In this document: piece after piece, positions 24,701-38,385 of the stretch
How positions within the stretch are numbered: the stretch's first letter is position 1
Layout of the letters: the number at the start of each line of letters is the position of its first letter
DNA from: Sphagnum compactum
Lineage: Eukaryota
Assembly (NCBI GenBank): GCA_965153455.1
Contig: OZ234493.1
Location: 25,906,213 to 25,970,212 of the forward strand
Direction: 5' to 3'
DNA length: 64,000 bases
Position numbers and translations under genes: made by a program
The notes under the pieces: model-generated
Seen by the model: only the letters and a program-made list of their open reading frames with translations
What the model was told of the DNA's origin: nothing
Database searches by the model: none

Positions 24701-27354
24701 ATGTCCGATCTACGATGCACACCATCCTGATTACAACAGGAGCTTCCGGTGATGCGTGCGAGGTCAGATCCCTCAATGTTCACTCAGTCCGAAGAGCCTT
24801 TAAACCACGCACCTCCACTGCCTCTATGCACTACTCTCACCTTCCACAATTCGAAATCCAGAACCCAGACACCTAGCAGCCACCCTCTGAGATCGTTAAT
24901 GCGGACCAATAGTAAACCAAGCTCGTAACGAATGCCCTCACAATGACAGCCCCATCATGTCCACACAACAGATATGTAGGCATAGATCCCTGCTACCTCT
25001 CATTCTCTATAAGATAATGCTTTGCTGACCACAACCCAGATACAAACAAATCCCCACAGAAACACATTCCGCTAACAAATCCTCTCCCTCTCGTCTACCT
25101 GCCACACATCTAAGGCTCGGACCCCTCAGAGTTCTCATCAGCCCTCAGCATCACCTTGCTTACAAATTGCATCAGGAGATTACAGAGCCACCTCGCAAGA
25201 AGCTGGCGCAGCAGAAGAAAATCAGCAACTAGCTAAGCAGCTCTAGCACACCAGAGAGAACACTACACTGAAAAACTAACATCACAGAATGCCCCACACA
25301 GACCAGCCAAAACCTCCTCATCAGGAGCGCCACCGCCTCAACATTTCGACCGTTATGTGCATGGCTTCCCGCTCAAGCTTCCCATGCACCGTTACAGGTT
25401 GCACGTCCCCAAAATCATAAACTCGCCGCCCCCATCACGTCCACATTGCGGCGTGTTTAATTCCTTTAATCCTAAAGCAAAAGATCAGATTCACAAACCC
25501 AGGAGTCGTCACCAGGTCCCCGTTCAACCACCCTGTTACCGGTCACAGCATGTCACAATACACATGTGCAAGAAATAATCTTGCCAAAAAACATGTTTGT
25601 TTATCCATTGAAACTCATTTTGGGATTTTTTGGGACTATTTGCAATTTTGGCATTAAACCAAAATATTCATACACAATTATGTATGAATGTGAGTGTGGT
25701 AGTGGGCAAGGTGTTGAATGCTTTCATCAAAGCATATCAAAGGAAAGGGGTGAATGCACACTAAGGTGGCTGACTTTTAGTGTCATGGTGCCCATTTTTG
25801 CAAAGTGCCCTTTCTTTGGACACCTATAACGAACAAAAAAACTTATCAAATTAAAAATTTGAAATTGATTATACATTAACAATTTCATTATGAATATACC
25901 TATGTAATTATCTTTCAATAAAAGTATAGTCACTTTTCACAATGGACTTTTGAAGTACAAAAATATGGGTTGGTTGATACACTAGAATGGTAGAAAATAA
26001 AAAGGTTTATATTGGATTTCATTCCAAATTATCTATAGGGACTCAATATATGGTGTAACATTGAATAATAAACTTTTATGTGAAAGTCTTGTTTCAAAAA
26101 TAATACTCAAACCTTAATTAGGGACTTTTGAATGGTCAAAATTGAGCCATATTTTCATAAGCCCTACAGTTGATTTTCTTTCCATTTCAATTTTTCTTTT
26201 AAAGGTATATCTATTTGAAATATGTAGTTGGGCTTCTATTAATATGGACTTTATTGCTTTTGATACATGGACTTTAATACTATTGAACCTTTGGTACCAG
26301 AAAATTTCAAAAATTTAACATTGTAAAATGGACTTTTGTGGACTTTTAAAAAAATAAAAAATGAACCACCTTAGAAGCCCAAAGGGAAACTCCAAGGTAT
26401 CAAAATTTCAAGGTTTGGGAAACAACAATTTATAATATAATATGTAGATGACATCAATTTTACACTAAAAGCTTCATATGCTAAAACCTGAAACTAGTTC
26501 AAGTGCTAGACCTATTCTTGGCATGTGTCAGGTTTTGAATTGAATAATTCAAAAAATTTAATACTCTATGTAAGGGGCAAAGAGAGGAAAAACAACAATG
26601 AACATAAGCCTTTTGGTGAATTTGGGCACCATGGGAGATGGTTTATAAGTTGGTAAGGACCTCCTTTGGGTTGTCATTGCACTATACCAATGCAAATATT
26701 TTTATTTTGTAGAAAATTAAGGGCAAATTCAAATATTGGTCATCAACCAAATTGTCTTTAGTGGAGCGGGATATAGTGGTAAATATCATTATTCTCTCAA
26801 TGTTGTGGTATTTTGTGAACATTTGGGTAGGCATGAAGAAAAGAGTTAATAAAATAAAGCACTTGCTATCAAACTTTCTATAGGGGTGCATTCACAATTG
26901 ACCTTCCACAATAGGAACCATGATACAATCTTGTCATGTGTTCTTATGTTTTGAGGCAAAATGACTGTTTTAAGATCTTAGACAATGAAAGGTGGACATC
27001 CATGTTTAATCCTTCAACTAATAAGTGCAAAAATGGTTGGTAAAAAGTAATGGAACAAATTTTGAATGGCATGTTGAAATATATTAAATCAATAAGAAAT
27101 GCAAAACTCTTAGGACTTCCAAAATGATGGTATCTCATTTGGAGTGCCAAAAAGTTTATTGAAAACATCAAATAATGTCCTTTTTTGTATACATGTTTCC
27201 CCAACTTCCTTCCAAAACCTTGGAATGTAACCTAATTATTTAAAAAACTAATATGATTATTTTTATTGATGCAAACTTTTTCTCATGAAAAAATTAAAAT
27301 TTTACAATCAATTCCACAAAATCTAGTTTTTTTATAATACTAAAACTTTATGTT

Positions 27355-27980
27355 AGGTGAAAGCATGGTAAAGTATACAAAAAAAGTTTCCGAAAAAATA
27401 TCAAGTTAAAAAAAAGGCAATTTTTCACGAAAACATAAGAAAGTAGATTCAAATTTTATTTAAATTTCATTTTGAAACAATTGAGCCCTCAATTGGGTTT
27501 ATTGTAAATCAACTACAAAATTTCAAAAACTTTGGAATAATAAAATTAAGGAATAAGTAGGTTTGTAATTGATTGGTCAATATGGTGTTCAAACCTACTT
27601 TTTCAATAGAAAATTTAATGAAATATACATGTATGAAGTTATAGCATAAAGATCATTGTATATTCAAGGGCCTCACCAAAAAACAAATCTATTTTTTATT
27701 TGGTCGAATATACTTGACACATACTTGAATCAAATGTTACATTGTGAAAAGTAGGTTTTAAAAGTTATTTGAATTTAGAAAAGTCTACTTGAAACCTACT
27801 TTTACAACGCAAAATTTAAAAATTAATGCATAATAATCAAAAAATATCTTGTTATTTATCATTCAACTAAAAAGATTGAATGTATAACAATTTTGTGATG
27901 GGTTTTGGTCCTACTTTTTGTTCATTCGACAAGTAGACTAGCAAGTACTTTTAGTTGTACACTTTATTGTGCTTTCACCT
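27355..27980. mobile_element. MITE, ~625 bp, related to 18381-18982
   Basis: TIR AGGTGAAAGCATGGTAAAGTATACAA / TTGTACACTTTATTGTGCTTTCACCT. Confidence 0.65.
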
Positions 27981-28239
27981 TGCCATCATGTAAAACATAT
28001 TTTATTCTATTTTTGGTTTAAATGTCAAATAATTCGAACCATATTTCATATTTCATATTCTAGAATAAAATTGTTGAATTGGATATGGCTTTTAAACCGT
28101 GCTTAAAAAAAATAAAAATAAAAGTAATGATCAAAATTATGATTATTTTTTATCATATGGATCCAAATGTACATTGCTATCTAATGAAACAATACAAATG
28201 ATATAACTTGTAGATTATGGTAATCATAATGTCAATCAA

Positions 28240-28760
28240 TCAAGGTTGAGGTTGAATGTGATTTTGAAGGCAGATAATTTTTGTGTTTACCCCATTGTGA
28301 ATGCTCCCATGGACAAGGTTTGTTCACAATTGATGGTGTCAAGTTGTTTTGAGTTAATGTTGTGAGAAAAAAATGCAAAAATGGTCTTGGTCTTATCGAT
28401 CCAATGGAAGTAATTGAAATGTTTTTCATAAAGTAAATCCTCCATGCATTGGAACTTGGAGATTCAAATTTTCAATACCTCTTGAGATATTGGCTAATGA
28501 AATACTAGTTGTGGAAGGGTGAAAAGTGATTAACCAATGTAAGGTGGTGTTTATACCATGCGCATAGGAAGGAACTTGGTTCTTCTATATGGAATTGGGT
28601 GGTTAGGGCATGTTCGAAGACAAGAAGGGAGGTGAGGATGAAAAACTTTTGAACATTGATTGATATATTAGTAATTAACTTTTGGTGGAACACGACAACA
28701 CAACCATGTGAAGAAGGGTTTTCAAAAATGAAAAAGCACATTATGGTGAGGCTATATGGA
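28240..28760 (+). mobile_element. Decayed L1-type LINE ORF2 fragment (post-RT region)
   Basis: Translation from ~28359: VVRKKCKNGLGLIDP..IK*ILHALELGDSNFQYLLRYWL, later ILVINFWWN. Resembles the plant LINE KxxGGLGLxD...KW motif. Confidence 0.55.
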
Positions 28761-29839
28761 TGTCACATTGGCAATTTCCCCTATATCTTTTAAAACAACA
28801 ACAATATAAATATATATTTTTTTAAATATCAAAAAAAGGATTCACTTATGTAAAGCTAATACAATAAGCCTTCTAAAAATACAAAAATCACATCAAAATT
28901 ATGGATAGTCAATTTATAATGGACTTCAAATTTTTGCCAACAATTTTTGTTGCACGTCCAAAACTTATGACTATGGATTTTTATCTTACAATGTATTAGT
29001 CCTATGTCTTTGAAACTTTAAAATATTTCGTGATTAATGTTTTAAAATCTAAAGATGCATTGATTGAGAGGAATATGATTTCAATTCATTGTGTTATGGA
29101 CTTTTCAAAGTCCTAGAAATTATAATTAGTTTAAAAGGTTTTTTAAACATCAAGAATCATTACTTTCTTAAACTATCTCTTGAAAAAAAAATTAAATTTC
29201 TTATAAAATCACAACATGAAATTTGAAATGAGAAAAAAAATGGTTAATTTTAATAACATCCAAATATTCACATTTTAGGTGAACATCCCAAACTCGGTGA
29301 AAACATTTTCGATTTAGCCACAAACAAAGATTCTTTCTAGCAATAGTGTCAGAACCCTCACAATATGATTGCCAAAGGATAGAAGGCAGATGTGCACAGG
29401 TTAGAATCACAAAGACTGTAACAGGACAACATAAAACAATTTTTCTAGTATTTTGCGGTGTCAGAGGTGCAAGAGTTATATTTCAACCTCGAGCTATTTG
29501 GCTGGAAGGGAAGGGAAGAATTGCTAATGAACATTGGCACGTACAGAAGATGCAAAAGTTCATGTGAAATGACTTGTTAGATTATGGTAGAGATGCCTAG
29601 CTTAAAGGCATGTTGAGTTGACCCATAAATTCTTGCATGCTTGGCATGCTTTAAATCTTGAAGCCTTTGATGAGCAATGGAGGAAAAACCAAGTAATGTG
29701 TTATAGGTCAAGTAGTTATGTCAAGTGATTCTTTGATAGACCTTGTAGAGGTTTTGCTAGTTAAGCAGATGGGTAGTCTGGTTTTGGGCTCCCCTTTGAG
29801 TAGCTTCTTCCTTCTCTTTGCAATGAATACTTTCATTTG

Positions 29840-30235
29840 TGTCATTCAAATTTTTTTTTTAAAAAAAGTCCAACAATATTTTAATCATGACTTGAGTAAA
29901 GAATGATTTTTATCGCAATCCATTTTCAATGGACATGTTTTTCCTTTTAGTTGTAGAGGTTTTCATATGTTTACATGTTTACACTAGCAAGTAGACTGAT
30001 TTTTTTCATCGATGTGTCAACATGATGTGGAGAGCAAAGGGCATTGGAGGCCCTCCTCTCTCAGTTTTGTGTGCATTTTATAAGGAAATGGGGTCAGTGG
30101 CATTATAATGTGCACATGCAATCTCTATTTTGAGAAGAGTTGTTGTCGTAAGTGAGGGTTCTTTTAGACTAGGCGTCCTTTCAATAGGTCCTCCCCTTTC
30201 CTTATTTGATATGCTTCTTGCGACAAGAGGAGGTT
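29840..30235 (+). mobile_element. 3' fragment of a CRE/SLACS-like (restriction-like endonuclease) non-LTR retrotransposon
   Basis: Translation with frameshifts: DMFFLLVVEVFICLH ... FHRCVNMMWRAKGIGGPPLSVLCAFYKEMGSVAL*CAHAISILRR. Resembles the FxPLxVETFG and QRLSVALQRxNA motifs at the C-terminus of CRE-clade ORFs. Confidence 0.55.
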
Positions 30236-31292
30236 CGGGAACTTGGCGTTCCCCTTGTGGTTCACCCTCTTAGGTGGTTCTTTTGTCTTCTTGGATGTGA
30301 GTCCTTCCATTTTGTTCCTTGTATTCTCCCTATTTTGGGTGCTTTGGTTTATTTGTGATGGGCATAATTGGATGTCGGACAGCCAGTCAGCCAGCCAAGA
30401 AGGAAATATGAACTCTCCCACTTTGGTGGCTCGTTACAGAATTCAGCCCACAACTGTTGCTATTAATCACAATGCAATGCACTTCTACTCCCACAATTGA
30501 AGTGAAGGCTAAATACAGGCATACTACATTATATAACCGACATGCATTCAATTCACACAAGCTTTTTCACTCTGAGTATGTATGTGTGGAGTGTAGACCT
30601 ATATATATCTTACAGCACCTCGGAGCTGGCAACTATTTTAAGGGAGAGACAACACAACCCAAATTTCAGTTCATTATGGCCCTCATGATATTTTCAGCTA
30701 AATCCCAAGTTGACCCACTGCCCTGTCTAGAATGTTCTCCTGCCTGTGTCGCCTTATAGCTGCAGAGAAAGCAAAGATGATCAGATCCTAATCATATCAA
30801 ATCCATATTGTAAGTGCTCATTTAACTGGTTTATACTTTATACTCATATTTGGGGGAAGACTGGTAACCATAAAAACCTCTCTTTTTATTTCTCTTTGTA
30901 TTTTGAGGGATCTCCCCCAGCAGAGGATCGATCCCTAGGGAGTTATGTGGTGGGGGAGATCCCGCAATATTTCTATGTTCCCATGTCCCCATGGAAAGAT
31001 TTTTTGATGGGATGAATCAGGGAAAATTCAGAAACACGAGGAAATGGACAGATCAGGAAAATTCAAAAAAACAAGAAGGCGAGAATGGAGGAAAGAAAAA
31101 GAAGAGATTTTTACACACATGGAGGTTCCCATACTCATGTGTTCTCCATCAGTTGGGAACGCCCTCGGGCTACCACCCTCATGCAACCCTCCCTGAGGAG
31201 AACCCATTCGAATGGAACCTCCACTACAACTTAGTAATGAGTAATCAGTTGGCAGCCACAGCTCCTTCAGTTGGCTGGGTCCCATGTCCTGA

Positions 31293-31720
31293 CAGTGTTT
31301 GGCCGGTTATTTCATTATTTTAATAACCACCAGGTAGGTTATTTCTTGAATTTCTGGGGAGTCACACAGGTTATCAATATCAATATCAAACAAATTACAT
31401 AATAGTCATTGGGTATGCAAAAGGGTAGGTTGAGAATAATTGGTTGAGGATTGTCAAATAACCTACTGGTTATACACCAGTTACAGGGTTTTTTTAATTA
31501 AAATTATTTACTTATTCTTTTTTTTCTTTGTATTAGTGTTTAGCGATTAATAGCCTGCCTGGTTGATAATCAAGTCATCCAGGTAGGTTATTAGATTTTT
31601 AAAACTCAATATCAGGTGGTTATCAATTTAATTGATTATCACAAAATTTAAGAAGGGACTGGCAGGCTATTAATAATCGGCTTGATAACTGAGTCAAAAC
31701 TCAATAACCGGCCAACACTG
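31293..31720. mobile_element. hAT-like MITE (428 bp)
   Basis: TIR CAGTGTT(T)GGCCGGTTATT / AATAACCGGCCAACACTG. Many internal GGTTAT/ATAACC motifs. Flanking imperfect direct repeat GTCCTGA/CTCCTGA. Confidence 0.75.
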
Positions 31721-31761
31721 CTCCTGACTTGTACAGTTTAAGCCCCTTCTGAACCGGTCCT

Positions 31762-32553
31762 CTAGAACAAAGTGTTTTGGTCCATGCAAACAGACCCCGC
31801 CTTGAGTTCAGTCAAGGTTGCCGAGTGAGCAAACCTTCCTAGTTTTGCTGCTCAGTGGGAAGCATGAATTGTCAATGCTCATAATTTTCTAATCTTCTTG
31901 TCTGCAATTTCTACTGAAAGAGACTAAATACTCCCTAAAGCACTGCCAGGATTTTTCCTTTGTATTTTCGGCTCCCTTACCTGCCTGAAGAAACCTGTTT
32001 CCAGCAAACAGGATCTTCTGCACGGGAAGGTACCAGCCAGGCTACACTGGGATATTCTGACCAGCGAAAGGTACTAGCTAGCCTGTGACTATTTCTAAAA
32101 AGTGAAAAAATCCCGGCTCTGCTTTACTTAGGAAATGGATTTGAGTACAGGCCCTTCCATGATTTTCGACCTGTTTCCTCGGCCTACTGGCCTTGGGCAC
32201 ATATCTCAGATCAAGGAAGGGCCTGCACTCAGGCCCTTCTCCTATACAGCAGAAGCATTTGTCCCTGCAAAATTCTGCTTGGGGTTTGACTTAATGCTCT
32301 GCAAAAACATAAAACAAACTTCAAATCAGGTTGCTGTGCATTGTTGGAAGCAGACACTAGTTGGTACCCCCTCCAACTTCCTTGAAGATTGAACTCACTT
32401 CCTTGAAGTTGTGGGTTCAATCTTGACAAGGAAGATTGTACCCAAAAACAAATTGTCCTTAGCAAAGACAATTGTGTATCGTGGAGGACACATATCTTGC
32501 ATGGCACCACCACAAATAGGCCTAGATAGAGCTCGGTACGGGGTATTTAGTAT
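31762..32553 (-). mobile_element. Helitron-like non-autonomous element
   Basis: On the minus strand, hairpin GGTCTGT-TTGC-ATGGACC lies 13 nt before CTAG (31762-31765). 5' end not canonical. Segment 32149-32225 is similar to 63302-63358. Confidence 0.45.
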
Positions 32554-35500
32554 CCTCCATTTCTAAGTAGTTGGAAAAAATGAAAGCTTGATCCAAACAT
32601 TAACAACAATACAAGGGTCTAAAATAATGTTGGGTGGGTAATTTTATATATCCTTGGTGTGTGTACCCATAGGTAAATACCTGTGTTACATGGATGTTTG
32701 ATTGTTTTAATAACCGTTGGGTTCAGGTATTCAGAAACAAATCAGAATCAAAGAACCACCAATTTTGATTATTCAAACAAAATCAGGGTCAAAGAACCAC
32801 ATGGTCCGGGTATGTGAAAAAATTAGAATCAAAGAACCGCCAGTTTCAATTATTTCAAAAACCTCAACAACCCACCAGGTTTCATGACAGAATTAACAGT
32901 TTTTTTGGGTGGATATGTGACTTCCTCACAAAAACATTTGAGAACAACAATTATATATCAGAATGGGTATTTGATTTTTTTAAACTCACAATGAAGAACC
33001 CTAACTGTTTATTAGTTCTTTTGTGAGGGCTAATTAGAGTGACCAATCGCCAAAGAAAAAAGAATTGAGCTTTGGGAAGCACTCACAACTAATTAATATG
33101 GATTGCAAATAAGTAGAGTCTTTAAAAGTATATTAATTATACACTTACATGTCTCTAAACATTTACCTAGGGTTGTGTAAGTGTAAAAAAGTTATTTACA
33201 TGATGGATAGGATAAATGTAAAGAGTAAAAGAATTACTTACACAATAGTTATGTTTTTACATTTATCTACTTTTACACAGCCTATATATGTGTATTCACA
33301 CTTATTCGCACAACAATGCTAGTTTGAAATAATGTTGGCCAATTTTCAGAGCCTTAAGTTCTAATTCTTGGTTTTTTTTTTGTGTAAAATAAGAAAAAAT
33401 ATCTAATGTGTAAGTGTAAGGACACTTGAAAGAAAAAATTTAGGAATTGGGTCAAGAATCGGTCAAAAATGGTTCAAAATTTAAAATGTTAATGCATATT
33501 ATACGTTTTTAGATGTTCATTATTTTTCATGAGTGTGTGGATAGGTGGGGAACACATAGCCCACTTAGTCCAATCAAATAAACCAATGTATAAGGAAATA
33601 GAATTTTACTTCTTAAATTGAGTTCAACTTTCCTATGATTTTGGTAAGGTGGTTTTCTAATGGTACCACACAAGGAAAATTTGGCCATTTCATAAAAAAA
33701 CTAAAAAATACTAATGTTAAAAAGAATTTATCCATGAAATTTTGCACATACATAAAGACAACCATAATGAACAATTTTTTTCATGAATTTTTAATTTATT
33801 TTAAAGTATTGTTCATATTAAATGATAAATAAATGTTTAGTAGTGCATCATGTTTTGATAATGTTGATGATTATGATCTTTTTAAGTTGTAAAATGTTCT
33901 GCCATTAAAGATGTAATTAGATAAAATGTTGTTTTAATCATTCTAAAAAAAATTTAAATGAAAATTTTTAATGATTGAAAAATGATAGTTTATAGTTTAT
34001 CATTTAACAAAACAAATAATAGTTTTTATTAAATTATTAGCTTAAAATTACATAGTAGCAAAATTATGAATTAATTGCATATTCATGGTTTAAATAACTT
34101 GTCTTACTTTCAAGAACCAAATAAATTATATGTGATTTTAAAAAATTCAAAGTGAGTGAAATTTTATGTAACATTATTTTTGATATTATATGTACTGTCA
34201 ATTTTGACACAAAGTGTGTACACCGTACCATAGAAACACCATTTTTCTAATAGACAAAATTAATTAATACTTTACATATGTAACTTGATTTTAAGAATAA
34301 ACATGATCCTATTGTAAAACATGACTTCTATGCAACAACCAATAAATAAGATCCTATAATTTTTTGAATTGAAATGGAAAGGTTCCCCTTGAGAGGAATT
34401 GCCAAAGCTTGTTGCAAATAAACAACATACAAAATAAGTTTTTTTTTTAAATTAAAATTTTTTAAAAAAAACCTAGATAACAACACACACGAAAATCACC
34501 TAAACCTGAAACCTTGTAAATTCATGATCAACCTCACTAAAGCAATTATGTTTCTTTGATTCTTCTTGGCAATCGACTCGAGAAGTGATTTCTCACAAAA
34601 CCACCTTAAGCTAGGGCGGTTCTAACTCTACTTCATGCATGAAGTAGAACCTTCATTTAGTTTTGCCCCAATCAGGCCTTAAATTTGAAGCCTTCAGTGC
34701 CCTTTGCTAGAAGGGCAAAAAGTCGCGGGACCCTTCACACATGAAAGGCAACTTTTTTTTTCAAACTTTCAATGTGAAGGGCACCTATAAGATAAAAGCT
34801 TCACCTAGTTTTATTGTTTAAACAATATGGTTATTAATTTAAATAAAAGGCTGAATCCTCTAAACTCTAGAATCTATATTGTCCTTGCTTGGAGTACTGT
34901 AGAGGAGGATTAGGCCAAGGGAGGATCCTTGGTGTAACTGTTCGTAAGCATTTTTTACACTTGAAAATTTTGCAGCATTTGAAAAATCTCTCACGTATAT
35001 TATCCAGTTTTTTAATAAAAAGGGCTTAGAAGTTATGTGATTTTTCATGAAAATTTTGGTATGTTTTTAAATAATGTTTCTTTTTCAAAATTGTGTGAAG
35101 TTGGTGGGTTAGTGATCATCCACAAGAGGACTTAGCCAAATTTGATTACATGTAATAAAGGCAAGTAGAAAAATTCAGCCTTTAGGATTGTTCCTATATG
35201 TTGGCAACATGTTGGAACCTAAATACCTGACTTCAAATATTTTCTCCTCATAATGTGGTGACTTGATCCATTTCCTCCCCCCACCCCAATACCAACACAA
35301 TGGTCACCTTGTCTTGAAATCCCCAATTGACCGAACATAAACTTGTTGTCATTTAGGCAACGAGTAGCCTACCAAACCAAGTAACATTGGAAAATTAAAA
35401 GTAAAACCTGAGGTCTTAATTTGTATGCAAAGTGGAACTTGTGTTTCAAGTCTATGCATAAAATATAGTGCCATTGAATTTGTCCAACACCAATTTGTTT

Positions 35501-38385
35501 TCCCAAGCCTAAGTTGTACAACAATCTTTTTTAGCAAGAAAAAAGATTCATTGTAAACAAGGTGTTTTTGTTTTTTTTTTTGGTTTGCTGCGAGGAGATG
35601 CTCAGGGTTTAGGGTAGTAAACCCTCCAGTACTTTGCATGCCTTGAGGACTTTTTCTGGTTATCTGTCCACCAATGTTTTTTTGTTTTTGTGGAAAATAT
35701 AACTTCACAAAATTTCAACATCTAAAAAACAAAAAGGAACATCCTGTTGCAAATTTGTTTAGTACATCTAAGATTTTAAACTTTAGTAGTTTGACGATTA
35801 AATTTACCCTTTTGGGGAACGGTTCAATTCAATGATTGTAGTAGATATAGGAAGTCTTCTTCAGAGTAGAGGACAATTATAGAGATGATGTAGAAAAGCA
35901 TAACAAAGGACCGACATAAAAATTATGTTTGAATATGGAAATTTGGAGGAGGCTCTATGAATAGGTTCTATGTTGTGGTACTTATGTTGACCCTTTCAAG
36001 TTTCTGCATGCTCTCAACTAATCTTGAGCCTGCAGGCATTTCTTTTATTCGGTTAATTCTAGAAACAATTGTTTCATGAGACTTTTCAATTATCCATTCC
36101 AAGTGTTTTCATGAGAATCATTCTTCAACAAGGCATCACAAACATGCTGGCCCTGCCAATAGATAAGATGTTGTACATCTAGCTACCTTGTCCACACTCT
36201 GAACACCAAAAAAATCCGTTTCAATCTAAACAGTCTAAACACTTTCACCAAAAAAAACCGGTTCATCTAATAAGGTAAAACTTCCAAAAGTTGGATCGAA
36301 TGCAATAGTCACTGTCCCTGTGGGGGCAGGGCCCAACAAACAGAGTGTGTTTTGCACTGTTTCTTGGATCAAGCACAGCAAATCAGATCATTGGGCACAA
36401 AACATACACAAGAGAGGAACACCCCCCTGTGAGGAAGTTCATCTGCTTGAAGAGAGCTGATCAGACAGGGAGAACATTAAACACCACTTACAGTGGGTGT
36501 CAATGTTCCATGTCCTGCACGGTTCCGCAGTTGATGATCTTACAATGCTTATACAAACCTTGTAGTAGAACCATGTGGGTATCGCACTGAATCACACGAG
36601 AGTGCAACATAGAGTGCCTCAAGGTTGCCATGGCAGCCTTGTCACAGCCCACGTCTGGTTACCAATTTACAGGTAGCACTCTCCAGACCCAAAAAGAAAA
36701 TTTGTTTTGCAAATTGAGAAAAGGAAAAAAACATTGTCTTTTTAGAAACCCAAATGGAAGTGTAAAAAAGGAAGGGGGTTCAAGTGCAGACTTTGTTTTT
36801 TTCCTTTCTTTTGTGCCAATGTTTTTTGCATGCAAGAATATGCCATAGGGAATCACACACTCAAGGACCCACCACATATTTTGCTGTTATAAAAAGGAGT
36901 TGTCATATGATAGAGGGTGCGCATGTTCCACAAGGCCAGTGATCATCAACTTCAGACAAAGGAAATTGGCTAATTCAAGTTCAGGCACTCCTGAGAAAGA
37001 GAGAGAGAGAGAGAGAGAGATTCCCTGTATGATATGCTACATATATCCGTTACTATATTATTAGCTACTTAGATAGGGAGCTGTAACTTATTTGACCCAG
37101 CACCGATAAGTGCAAGGTTGCTTGAAAACAGATTATGTCTTAGTTGTGCATGAACCACAACAGAATTTAAGATGGCTCCAATTTGGTGACACATGTCCTA
37201 AACCCCTGTACAAGTCTACGTAGTTAACACTGCCTACAATTTACAGAACAATCAGTGTGGGTGGAACCATTGATCATCCAGAACTCCTAGTCTACTGATA
37301 GACTTCTCGACTAATAGAAATCAGATTGCATGTCCATTCTCACTGTTGCCCATTGAGAACTTGACACTCAAAAAAAAATCCATCAAGAAAATTTTGTCTG
37401 CTTTGATTCTCAACTTTGGGACCAGATCACAAGACAGATTTACAAGTTTCTGTTTCTGTTTGTGCAGCAGAGGACATAGCCAAACGCAGACAAGAGACTT
37501 GAGAAAGTGGATGACTTGGTCACGGGTCCATGCAAAAGACATGCAAATTCCAAAGGGTTTTTCACAAGAATTTGGAGCTTTTCTAACAAACATGATTCTC
37601 TGCTTTTAGCTTAGGATGGAGGTGCACAAACCCTAGCAATTTTCCATACCATTGTGACCTTGCAACCTCCTCATCATACTAAGAGGTTGGGTTCTGGCAC
37701 ATTAGTTGTGCTTTTGTTATTTTCTAGCAAATGTGCATTGTGCAAATATGAGCTTATTATCTCTTTGTGACTTCTAAAAGCTCTGCAGCAAATTAGAATG
37801 TTTCTTTTTGTTTTACATCCCATGTATAAGATTTCATTTTCCATACATATATGAATGCCCACTTTGGAGTATTGTCTAACCCATTTTTCAAAACACCCTT
37901 CTTTGTTGAAAGTATGTCCCATGATACCCTATACAAAATGCTTTGGAGTTGAAGAAGTAGTCTATCAAATAACCCATTGTTAACTACATCCCTAATATCA
38001 ATTCCATATTCCACTTGCTTGGAAGCCAAGGGTCGACATGCTAACCTACACGGTTAATCCAAGGGTCTCAAGTGTGCAACTTGGTTGGGAAGTTGCATTT
38101 TCCATTTGGGGTTTTGGTTTAGTTGTGAGCACATGAAACATATGTGCACCCTTGCCACTCACATTTGTGCTATATTGTGATTTTATTTTATTTTGGAAGT
38201 TTTCATTTTTTTTTAAATGCATGAACAATTTTCTTAAGGTTTCAGTGTTCCTTAAGACATAAATATCTAATTCATGGTTCATGATATGTTTCTTGCTACT
38301 ATTACTTGCCATTATGTTAGTGATTGGATTTGACCAAAGTTGTTAATATGCTGCATGTATAGGTGTTGGCCGTTGGTTAATTTAT

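Noticed and set aside
24424..25557. Solo LTR (TG...CA ends)
   Set aside because: No matching target-site duplication.
36531..36590. Possible C/D box snoRNA (TGATGA...CTGA)
   Set aside because: Imperfect C box, no convincing terminal stem, and only ~8 nt complementarity to 5.8S rRNA as I recall it.
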